A stretch of 64,000 nucleotides of DNA from Candidatus Parcubacteria bacterium (GTDB lineage: Bacteria; Patescibacteriota; Minisyncoccia; Phycocordibacterales; CAIJYI01). The stretch covers positions 76,136 through 140,135 of the forward strand of contig JAPLYL010000003.1 of the NCBI GenBank assembly GCA_026395595.1, in the 5' to 3' direction. The position numbers and the translations under genes were made by a program. Of this stretch, positions 56,188 to 64,000 are shown one piece after another. The stretch's first letter is position 1; every line of letters starts with the position of its first letter. The notes beneath the pieces are model-generated. The model worked only from the letters and a program-made list of their open reading frames with translations. It did not search any database and was not told where the DNA came from.

Positions 56188-57906
56188 ATGGTATTTGATA
56201 ATATCCGAACTGAAAGCGATGTAGAGAAACTTAAAAAACGGATCACGAAAGATGCGGTTCTTTTTGCACGTCTGATTGAAATACGCAAAAAAATGAAGTA
56301 CTCCCGAAGAGGAGAACCTACCTCCGCCAAAGGCTTCGGCGAGGTGAGGGAAGACTCGGCGGTAAAAAGTTCTTCTTACGATATGCCGACCAATGCTGAG
56401 GTGCTTGGTTTGTATCGTGAAATGCGCGCTTCGGGAGAAGAACCGGCAAATCCTGTTCTTGAATTGGCGTTGCGAAAAATAAAAACAAAAAGCAATTCGG
56501 GTGTGGCGGTCGTTTCTCTTCTTACGAAGCCTTTTCCTTGCCCGGGGAAATGCACCTATTGTCCGACGGAAGCGAATATGCCGAAAAGTTATTTATCAAA
56601 AGAGCCGGCGGCCGCGCGCGCACTGACGAATGAATTTGATCCAAGGAAACAAATAACTTCCCGGCTTGAGGCGCTCATTACGAACGGACATGCCGTTGAT
56701 AAAATAGAAATAATCGTTATCGGAGGAACGTGGAGTTTTTATCATTCAGCTTACCGTGAATTTGTTATCAAAGAATGTTTCCGCGCCTGCAATGATTTTG
56801 ATCCCATAACCTTTCTGAATCCGAATCCGGAATTACACAGGACTACCCTGTGTACACAGGGTAGTCCTGTGTATGAACTTGACGAACTTCAAAAGCAAAA
56901 CGAGAAGGCAAAATGTCGGATTGTCGGACTTTCCATTGAAACGCGCCCCGATTACATTACCCCCGAAGAAATACAACGTCTGCGCAATTATGGTGTTACA
57001 AAGGTTGAGATAGGCGTACAACATTTAGATGATAAAGTTCTCACCGAGACGAAACGCGATATGACGAAAGCTGATATCGCACGGGCGACAGAATTACTCC
57101 GCGATGCCGGAATAAAGGTGGTGTACCACATGATGCCGAACCTTCCGGGAAGCGATGTAAAAAAAGATATTGAAATGTTCCGAGAGCTTTTCGCGGATGG
57201 TTCCGGGTTTCAACCCGACATGCTAAAAATTTATCCATGCATGGTTTTGGAGGGAAGTGAATTGTATGAAATATGGAAATCCGGAAAATTCCGCACCTAT
57301 ACCAATGATGAGCTTATGGAAGTTCTCCGTGAAGCAAAAAAACTCGTTCCCCCGTATGTTCGCATTTTGCGTGTTATTCGAGATATTCCGGCTGATTATG
57401 TAAAAGCGGGAAGTATCATTTCCAATATGCGCCAATGGCTGGAAGAAGACCAGAAAAAAAATAACTGGAAATGTCGATGTATTCGCTGTCGCGAAGTAAG
57501 GGAAAGGGAAGTGGATGTTTCCGAATGTTCTCTCATAAAAAGAGAATATAATACGCTTTCAGGAAAAGAATTTTTTCTGAGCTACGAAGATGAAAAGAAG
57601 GACATTCTCATTTCTTTTTTGCGTTTACGGTTTCCCGATAAAAATACAGAAACTACTTTACCGGTTTTGAAAAATTCAGCGCTCGTGCGAGAGCTTCATA
57701 CTTACGGAAGATTGGTGCCGATTCACAAAGAAGGAGAACAAGGTCAGCATCGCGGTTTTGGAAAACTCCTTTTGGAAGAGGCTGAAAAACTGGCGCGTAA
57801 AAACGGCTACAAAAAACTCGCCGTTATTTCTGGTGTCGGTGTACGAGAATACTACCGCAAACTCGGTTACGAACTGGAAGAAACCTATATGGTGAAAGAG
57901 TTATAA
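56188..57906 (+). CDS. elp3: Elp3-family radical SAM / tRNA uridine(34) acetyltransferase
   Basis: CPGKCTYC, ETRPD, LKIYP, CRCIRCRE, VRELHTYG, QHRGFG, ISGVGVREYY. Confidence 0.93.
   Translation: MVFDNIRTESDVEKLKKRITKDAVLFARLIEIRKKMKYSRRGEPTSAKGFGEVREDSAVKSSSYDMPTNAEVLGLYREMRASGEEPANPVLELALRKIKTKSNSGVAVVSLLTKPFPCPGKCTYCPTEANMPKSYLSKEPAAARALTNEFDPRKQITSRLEALITNGHAVDKIEIIVIGGTWSFYHSAYREFVIKECFRACNDFDPITFLNPNPELHRTTLCTQGSPVYELDELQKQNEKAKCRIVGLSIETRPDYITPEEIQRLRNYGVTKVEIGVQHLDDKVLTETKRDMTKADIARATELLRDAGIKVVYHMMPNLPGSDVKKDIEMFRELFADGSGFQPDMLKIYPCMVLEGSELYEIWKSGKFRTYTNDELMEVLREAKKLVPPYVRILRVIRDIPADYVKAGSIISNMRQWLEEDQKKNNWKCRCIRCREVREREVDVSECSLIKREYNTLSGKEFFLSYEDEKKDILISFLRLRFPDKNTETTLPVLKNSALVRELHTYGRLVPIHKEGEQGQHRGFGKLLLEEAEKLARKNGYKKLAVISGVGVREYYRKLGYELEETYMVKEL
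56834..56873. repeat. Perfect 40-bp palindrome inside elp3
   Basis: TACACAGGACTACCCTGTGT followed by its reverse complement ACACAGGGTAGTCCTGTGTA. Confidence 0.95.
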
Positions 57907-57964
57907 AAAATACCGCCCCAAATATCGGGGCGGTATAACTTTACGTTACATTAGATTCACTGAA

Positions 57965-59569
57965 TTATACAGAGCCTGTTTGATGAGGTCCTGCTGCGCG
58001 AATGGTTTCAGGAAGATCTGCAAATTTTGCATTATGATTTTCCAGATAGTATCCGATAAGTTTTTCCCTCATTTCACGGTAGGCTTTTTTGTCGCCCCAC
58101 GCGAGTTCCGGATTAAGCAAGTTGTCGTCAATGCCGGGAACATGTTCTGGAATATCCAGGTTGAGCGCGTCAAGATGCTTTGTCGGAACATCGTCCAATT
58201 CGCCGTTTAACGCCGCGTGGATGATTCTTCTTGTTGTTGCAAGAGCGAATCTTCGTCCATTTCCATCGGCGGTCCCGCCTTGCCAACCGGTATTTACCAG
58301 CCAGACTCGGGGTTGATGTGTTTTAACGCGTTCTTCCAAAAGATCGGTATAGTGATGGAAATGAAGAGGGAAGAAAGCCGCTCCGTAACCGAAGCTGAAC
58401 TTATGCTTCACAGTGTCTTTTTCTTGACCCATCACCGTACCGCCGCCTTCTGTTGTATAGGCATTGGCAAAATGGAAGAGCGCCGCTTCTGGCGATAATC
58501 TTGAAACGGCAGGAAGCACGCCATAGGCATCTCTGGTTAAGAAGAAAATGTTTTCGGGGTGTCCTCCTTTGTTGCCGGGCATGACATTTTTGATGTGCGA
58601 ACGATCATAGGACACTCGCACGTTTTCAATGCGCGGATTATGCAGACTCGGAATGTTGTCTTCCGTTACGTCGGCATTTTCCACGATGGCGCCGTCGTAA
58701 ATCGCGTTGTAAATGTCGGGTTCTGTTTCCAGAGAGATACCGATGCCTTTCGCATAACATCCGCCTTCCATGTTACAAACGCCTTCGTCGCACCAGATGT
58801 GTTCATCATCGCCGATAAGATATCGTTCAGGGTCGGCAGACAAGGTGGTTTTTCCTCCGCCGGACAACGCTAAGAAAAGCGCGGTATCGCCATGCTCGCC
58901 GACGTTTGCCGCGCAGTGCATGGTGAGGTTTCCTTCAAGAGGCAATTCGGTATTCATCATCGTGAAGACGGATTTTTTCATTTCTCCACCGTAGTGCATG
59001 CCGGCAAGCAGAATGCGTCTGCCTGTGAAATCAATAAAAATACCGCGTCCTTCTTTCACCCCGTAACTTCGGTGAAGAAGAAATGATGGATCGTTTACTA
59101 TCGTCCACTCGTCTGAAGTTTTCAAGTTGGTATGTTTTTGCAATTCAATAAACATATTGAGCGCAAATATCGCATGCCACGCATAGTGTGTGTATACTTT
59201 TAATTTGCGGGAATGTTTTGTGTTTGCACCGACATACAAGTTGGAAAGGAAAAGCGGTTTTGGCGCATTTTTCGCATGAACGAGCGCGTCTTGCCAGACC
59301 ATTTCAAAAAGCTTGTCATCAAACGGTTGGTTTAATTTAACGCCCCAGTTGATATGCTCGTCATATCTTGAGCCGGTTACAAAATATCGGGCATCTTGCG
59401 AGCGCCCGGTTCTTTCTCCTGTCATGACGCGAATGGCGCCGTGTTTCGTATATCTTGCCTGTGTGACCCCCTCGGTTTCAAATCGGAGGCAGTGACCGGA
59501 GAGTTCGTTTCTCCCGAGACTTACAGTGGATATATCTTCAATTTGATGATTGGAATGGTTTTCTGTCAT
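57965..59569 (-). CDS. pckA: ATP-dependent PEP carboxykinase, divergent
   Basis: TGRS, YGGEMKK, MHC.AN, SGGGKTTLS, IGDDEH, EGGCYAK, LVNTGW. Confidence 0.9.
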   Translation of the reverse strand: MTENHSNHQIEDISTVSLGRNELSGHCLRFETEGVTQARYTKHGAIRVMTGERTGRSQDARYFVTGSRYDEHINWGVKLNQPFDDKLFEMVWQDALVHAKNAPKPLFLSNLYVGANTKHSRKLKVYTHYAWHAIFALNMFIELQKHTNLKTSDEWTIVNDPSFLLHRSYGVKEGRGIFIDFTGRRILLAGMHYGGEMKKSVFTMMNTELPLEGNLTMHCAANVGEHGDTALFLALSGGGKTTLSADPERYLIGDDEHIWCDEGVCNMEGGCYAKGIGISLETEPDIYNAIYDGAIVENADVTEDNIPSLHNPRIENVRVSYDRSHIKNVMPGNKGGHPENIFFLTRDAYGVLPAVSRLSPEAALFHFANAYTTEGGGTVMGQEKDTVKHKFSFGYGAAFFPLHFHHYTDLLEERVKTHQPRVWLVNTGWQGGTADGNGRRFALATTRRIIHAALNGELDDVPTKHLDALNLDIPEHVPGIDDNLLNPELAWGDKKAYREMREKLIGYYLENHNAKFADLPETIRAAGPHQTGSV

Positions 59570-59745
59570 CTGGACATCTCCTGTTTATTTTTCAGTAATC
59601 TTGTAAAAGTACAAGGCTAGGGGAGAGCATAACACATTTTAAAGAAAACGCAATAGAATTGGAAACCGCAGAGAAATACACAGACAAAATAAAAATGCCG
59701 TGGAAAATCAGCCTAAAAAGGGGTATACTATAATTCTTACGCGAC

Positions 59746-60840
59746 ATGAAAATCATTATCCTTCTTAATCAATTTGAACCCACTGATACGAATAAGCATC
59801 TTCTGGATGACGTTCTTTTTTTAAGACAGCAGAACATTGATGCGAGAATCTTGACTCTTTCCCACGAGGTTCCCGGAAAAACTCTTTACAGCGAATCGTT
59901 GTTCACGAAAGAAAATTTTTCTTGCGTTTCTTTCGGCCGGAAATGGGACCCGAGAGAGTGGAAAAAACTCATCGCTCGTCTTTCTTACGAAGAACCCGAT
60001 CTTATTATTGTCGGAGAAGAAAAAATAAAAATACTCGGAATTATTTCCGCGCGTCTTTCTCATGTTCAAAACCTTTTTATTTTTTCCTATGATCAAAAAA
60101 TGATTCAATCATCCCGATCATTTTTTGGAGGTATTTTTGATTATCTTGCCAATCTTTTTATCGTCGCTTCCGATTCGGTAAAAGAAGAGATTCTTTCTCA
60201 ATGGTTATCTTCTTCTCATGTCGCCGTCATTCCTGCCGGAATCCCCTTTGATGATTACGGAAAACCCCCCGCTCTCAGAATACGAAGTGAATTTGGTTTT
60301 GGAGAAAATGAATTTATTTTTCTTTTTGTCGGAGACCTTCTTCCTGAAAAAGGTGCAGACGTTCTTCTTCGTGCCTTTTCAAAAGTACCGGAAGGAAAGC
60401 TCCTTATTATCGGCGATGGCGTTGAAAAAAGAAATCTTGAATCTCTCTCCGAGAGTCTGGGTTTAAAAGAGAAGGTTTTGTTTATGAAAACCTATTCGGA
60501 TGTTCCAGGACTTTTAATGCAAGCGGGGGCGATAGTTTTTCCTTCCAAAAAAGAAGAACCTCCCTCTGTTTTTGTCCCCGCTCTCATTTCCGGACTTCCT
60601 GTCATTGTATCAGATTTTCCCGGAGCAGAAGAATTGATACGAAACGGAGAAAATGGTTTAATCGTTAGAAAACAGGATTCAGAAGATCTCGCAGAAGCAA
60701 TGAAAACCCTTCTTTTGAATCCAAAGATATTCGCTGAATATCAAAAAGATATGAAGAAAGAATTAGAGAAATTTTCCGTTTCGTCTCATTGCGCAAAAAT
60801 ACTTTCTTTCATTAAAACAACAAAGAAAAACACTTTATGA
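59746..60840 (+). CDS. GT4-like glycosyltransferase with degenerate motifs
   Basis: GT-B layout; GDLLPEKG and EPPSVFVPA in place of GRL..EKG and EX7E. Confidence 0.75.
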   Translation: MKIIILLNQFEPTDTNKHLLDDVLFLRQQNIDARILTLSHEVPGKTLYSESLFTKENFSCVSFGRKWDPREWKKLIARLSYEEPDLIIVGEEKIKILGIISARLSHVQNLFIFSYDQKMIQSSRSFFGGIFDYLANLFIVASDSVKEEILSQWLSSSHVAVIPAGIPFDDYGKPPALRIRSEFGFGENEFIFLFVGDLLPEKGADVLLRAFSKVPEGKLLIIGDGVEKRNLESLSESLGLKEKVLFMKTYSDVPGLLMQAGAIVFPSKKEEPPSVFVPALISGLPVIVSDFPGAEELIRNGENGLIVRKQDSEDLAEAMKTLLLNPKIFAEYQKDMKKELEKFSVSSHCAKILSFIKTTKKNTL

Positions 60841-61970
60841 AACACAAAATTTGTTATGTCCTTCCCGAATACAAAGAAGGTCTGGCGACCCACTTCTCCT
60901 ATATTGAGCGCCTCCTCTGCGAAGCGACCAAAGAGCTTGAGGTTTTTCTTATTATTGAAAAAGGCAATGTACCGAGAGGTAATTTGGGCTGCGTAAAAAT
61001 AAAAACAATCGGTTCTTCCAATTTTCTGCTTCGTTCCATAAAATTGAAATTCTGGCTTTTATATGCGCGTTTTTACGGATACTGCGATTTTTATGTGCAT
61101 TATTCTTTTCTTTCCGCCATTACCGCTTCTTTTATCGCAAAGATTTTTGGAGGCAGGGTTTTTTATTGGAACTGCGGAGAACCATGGAAATACAAACGTT
61201 CTTTTCTTCGTGAGCGATTTGAACGATGGACGTATCGTCTCGTAACTTTTGTCGTTACCGGTACGGATCATCTTGCCGGTGAATATGCCAAGCATTATGA
61301 TATTCCGCGGGAGAAAATACTGGCGATGCCGAACTGGATAGATGTTGAACGATTTGAAGAGGAGCCGAACAAGAGGGAACTGCGAAAAGAATTGGAACTT
61401 CCCGTTGATAAAAAAATAATTCTTTTTGCTCACCGTCTTTCTCTTCGGAAGGGTTCTCGGATGATCCTTCCTGCCGCAAGAGACCTTCTTTCTGTGAGGA
61501 ATGACATCTTTTTTGCCGTCGTCGGAACCGGCCCTGATGAAGAAAAACTCCGCGCGCGTGCGCAGGGTTCCGAATCTTTGCGGCATGCCATTCATTTTTT
61601 TGGAGCCGTTCCCAATCGTGAAATTCAAAAATATTTTGCCGCGTCGGATGTGTTTTTCATGCCGTCTCAAGAAGAGGGTTTTCCTCGCGTCGTTCTTGAG
61701 GCCATGGCATCGGGAGTTCCGATCGTCGCTTCCGATGTCGGCTCTGTTTCTGAAATCATCCCCGTTTCCATGAAGCCGTTTATCGTACACCCGAATGATA
61801 CCTCCGGTTTTGTCCGAACGCTCAACATGGTTCTTTCTCAAAATTCCGAACAGAGACAAAAACAGCAAAAAGAGCTGAGAGAAAGAGCTCGGGAATTTGC
61901 CACCGGTACTGTGGTTAAGAGATTCGTTAAACTTTTTGAACATGCCGGAGGGAAACCTTGCCGACAGTAA
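60837..61970 (+). CDS. Glycosyltransferase family 4
   Basis: HRLSLRKG, EGFPRVVLEAM. Confidence 0.92.
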   Translation: MKHKICYVLPEYKEGLATHFSYIERLLCEATKELEVFLIIEKGNVPRGNLGCVKIKTIGSSNFLLRSIKLKFWLLYARFYGYCDFYVHYSFLSAITASFIAKIFGGRVFYWNCGEPWKYKRSFLRERFERWTYRLVTFVVTGTDHLAGEYAKHYDIPREKILAMPNWIDVERFEEEPNKRELRKELELPVDKKIILFAHRLSLRKGSRMILPAARDLLSVRNDIFFAVVGTGPDEEKLRARAQGSESLRHAIHFFGAVPNREIQKYFAASDVFFMPSQEEGFPRVVLEAMASGVPIVASDVGSVSEIIPVSMKPFIVHPNDTSGFVRTLNMVLSQNSEQRQKQQKELRERAREFATGTVVKRFVKLFEHAGGKPCRQ

Positions 61971-61983
61971 AAACACTTTTTCT

Positions 61984-62661
61984 ATGGAAAAAAACAGCGT
62001 AAAAGAATTTGAAGATGCGAGGTGGAGAGGAACCGATCAGACCTGCGGTTTTCGCCATTCCGAAGCCCTCAGAATGGTTTCAAAGGGGCAAAATGTCTTG
62101 GACATCGGTTGCGGGGACGGGCTTCTTTTAGAGGCACTGGTTAAGAAGGGTGCCGTCGTTTCCGGGGTTGATATCTCGGAGGAGGGGGTGAAGAAATGCC
62201 GAGCAAAAGGTCTTGAAGCCTCTGTTTCTGATGCTTCTCATGAGAAACTTCCTTTTCCTGATCATTCTGCTGATGTGGTTACTTTGCTTGATATTCTTGA
62301 ACATGTTTATTCGCCGGAAGTTCTTTTGAAAGAAGCCATTCGCGTTTCAAGAGGGAGTCTCATCATCGGCGTTCCGAATTTTAATTCTTTGCCGGCGCGC
62401 GTTCAGGTTTTGTTAGGAAAAGTGCCGGAAAATAATCTTCCTCATAAGGGGCACTTGTACTGGTTTAATTATGGCGTGTTGTTAAAACTCTTGAAAAAAA
62501 ATAATCTCCAAATAGAAGAAATGAGAGGAAATACTTTTTGGGAGAATGCGTCTCTTTTTGGTTTGGTAATGAAAGGGTTGTGCCGACTTTTTCCTTCTCT
62601 TTTTGCTTTGTCTTTTATCGTAAAAGCGACCGTTATAACTTCCGATAAAAATGAATCATAA
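61984..62661 (+). CDS. Class I SAM methyltransferase (MetW-like)
   Basis: VLDIGCGDG, GVDIS, LEHV, VPNF. Confidence 0.88.
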   Translation: MEKNSVKEFEDARWRGTDQTCGFRHSEALRMVSKGQNVLDIGCGDGLLLEALVKKGAVVSGVDISEEGVKKCRAKGLEASVSDASHEKLPFPDHSADVVTLLDILEHVYSPEVLLKEAIRVSRGSLIIGVPNFNSLPARVQVLLGKVPENNLPHKGHLYWFNYGVLLKLLKKNNLQIEEMRGNTFWENASLFGLVMKGLCRLFPSLFALSFIVKATVITSDKNES

Positions 62662-63802
62662 ACCTTTAAACATTCTCGTTATCAATTGCGACTGGAGAAA
62701 CCTTTTTGAAACGGATTTTGATGAACTTCTCAAAAAGATGGATCGGTGCCTCATGCACACCGAACTCAATAATTTTTTCTTTTTTTCGTGGTCGGATAAA
62801 AGTTACGAAAAGAGAAACGGCGAAAGATTTTTTTCCGTGCATAAAAAAACCGTCTGGAAAAAATTCCGTCCGATGTTTGATTTTTTTTCCATTTTTTCTC
62901 TTCCTCTCACTCTTAAAAAACATCCGTTTCGCCCTGATATTATTTTAGTGTATGATCTCGGTTTTTTGCCGACGGCAAAAGCGGTAAAAAAACGCTTCGG
63001 AGGGAAAATAGTTCTCTGTCTTATAAACAGGCCGGAAGAACTTGCCCGAACGAGGAAGTTCGCTTTAGTAAAAGCGTGGTACTCTCTCCTCGGGGAAAAG
63101 TTTTTCATTCATTCTGCCGATATCGTCTACACCATCAATTCCTCCATGAAGCGCTATATTGAATCTCTTGGATTTCCGAGCGAACAAATAAAGATATTTT
63201 CTTGCGATACTATCCGTCGTGACATTCCTTTTATTGAAAATTCCGTTCGCGGAACAATAAGACGACAATACGGCATTTCGCCCGAGAAAAAGATCATTCT
63301 TTCTGTCGGAAGATTGGAGGCTGAAAAAGATTTTCCTCGCCTCTTTGAAATACTTTCTCGTTTGGATGAAAAATATCTGCTTATTATTCTCGGAAGCGGA
63401 AGTCTTCTTTTTGAATTTCAAAAGAGAGTAAAAGAACTCGGGATTGAAAAAGGGGTCATTTTTGCCGGATTGGTAGAGAGAAAAGACCTTTGGAATTATT
63501 ATTTGGACGCCGATGTTTTTATGTTACTGTCTCTCTCTGAAGCGCTTGGATTAGTGTTTTGGGAAGCCATGTATATGGGTCTTGCTGTTATCGGGAGTAG
63601 GGCAACGGGTATTTTGGAGACTATCGGGAGTGATGGAGAGAGGGGTTTTCTGGTGGGGGAAAAAGATGATATACTGAGCATTACCGAAAAAATAGACTTA
63701 TGCTTTGCCGGCGGTGAAAAAATAGAAGAAATGAAAAAGAGAGCGCGGGAATACGTAGAAGTGCAAATGAAAAATACTCTATCCATTAACGATATCCTCT
63801 AA
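62651..63802 (+). CDS. Glycosyltransferase family 4
   Basis: GRLEAEKD, EALGLVFWEAM. Confidence 0.9.
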   Translation: MNHKPLNILVINCDWRNLFETDFDELLKKMDRCLMHTELNNFFFFSWSDKSYEKRNGERFFSVHKKTVWKKFRPMFDFFSIFSLPLTLKKHPFRPDIILVYDLGFLPTAKAVKKRFGGKIVLCLINRPEELARTRKFALVKAWYSLLGEKFFIHSADIVYTINSSMKRYIESLGFPSEQIKIFSCDTIRRDIPFIENSVRGTIRRQYGISPEKKIILSVGRLEAEKDFPRLFEILSRLDEKYLLIILGSGSLLFEFQKRVKELGIEKGVIFAGLVERKDLWNYYLDADVFMLLSLSEALGLVFWEAMYMGLAVIGSRATGILETIGSDGERGFLVGEKDDILSITEKIDLCFAGGEKIEEMKKRAREYVEVQMKNTLSINDIL

Positions 63803-63806
63803 TTTT

Positions 63807-64000
63807 ATGCTTTTTACTCTCAAAAATATCGCCTCTAAATTTAAGTTTACTCCGAAAGGGATTATCCATCTCGGAGCGCATATCGGACAGGAAGCGGAAG
63901 ATTATTCTTTTGTAAAACATGTTTTGTGGATAGAAGGAAATCCTGACATTATGCCGGAGTTGGAAAAGAACATAAGTAAATATCCGGGACAAACCGCTTT
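63807..64000 (+). CDS. FkbM-family methyltransferase, 5' part (runs off the right edge)
   Basis: Own translation MLFTLKNIASKFKFTPKGIIHLGAHIGQE...VLWIEGNP; absent from the ORF track. Confidence 0.75.
   Translation, partial: MLFTLKNIASKFKFTPKGIIHLGAHIGQEAEDYSFVKHVLWIEGNPDIMPELEKNISKYPGQTA

Noticed and set aside
63786-63992. Minus-strand 68-aa ORF
   Set aside because: Antisense to an FkbM-like methyltransferase starting at 63807 on the + strand.

Overview
Bacterial chromosomal window whose gene content (shortened RF2, orphan VirD4/HerA-like ATPase, DUF5671, SIMPL, LemA-HtpX, Elp3, GT4 cluster, many -10 boxes directly upstream of ATGs) points to Patescibacteria/CPR, probably Parcubacteria (inference). 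Housekeeping blocks (prfB-ftsEX-pyrG, glnA, glmS-yvcK, groES-groEL, mscL, rplJ-rplL, a two-component pair, pckA, glycosyltransferases) alternate with two accessory arrays anchored on tRNA-Gln(CTG) (about 8.6-20.2 kb; AT-rich, HEPN-like/NERD/HD/DinD/ClpP-like cargo and a solo IS200-type element) and tRNA-Ser(GGA) (about 43.4-46.4 kb). The main observation is that in both arrays cargo genes are separated by repeated degenerate spacers that resemble the 3' end and flank of the anchoring tRNA, with no integrase in the window, suggesting a tRNA-anchored gene-cassette system. Also seen: a promoter-driven multi-hairpin candidate ncRNA (about 20.27-20.41 kb), an inverted plus direct duplication of the tRNA-Ser 3' end, REP-like palindromes lying in frame inside elp3 and the ATPase gene, and inverted 7-8-mer repeat arrays in four intergenic regions. 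All family calls are by motif recognition by eye; no searches were run.
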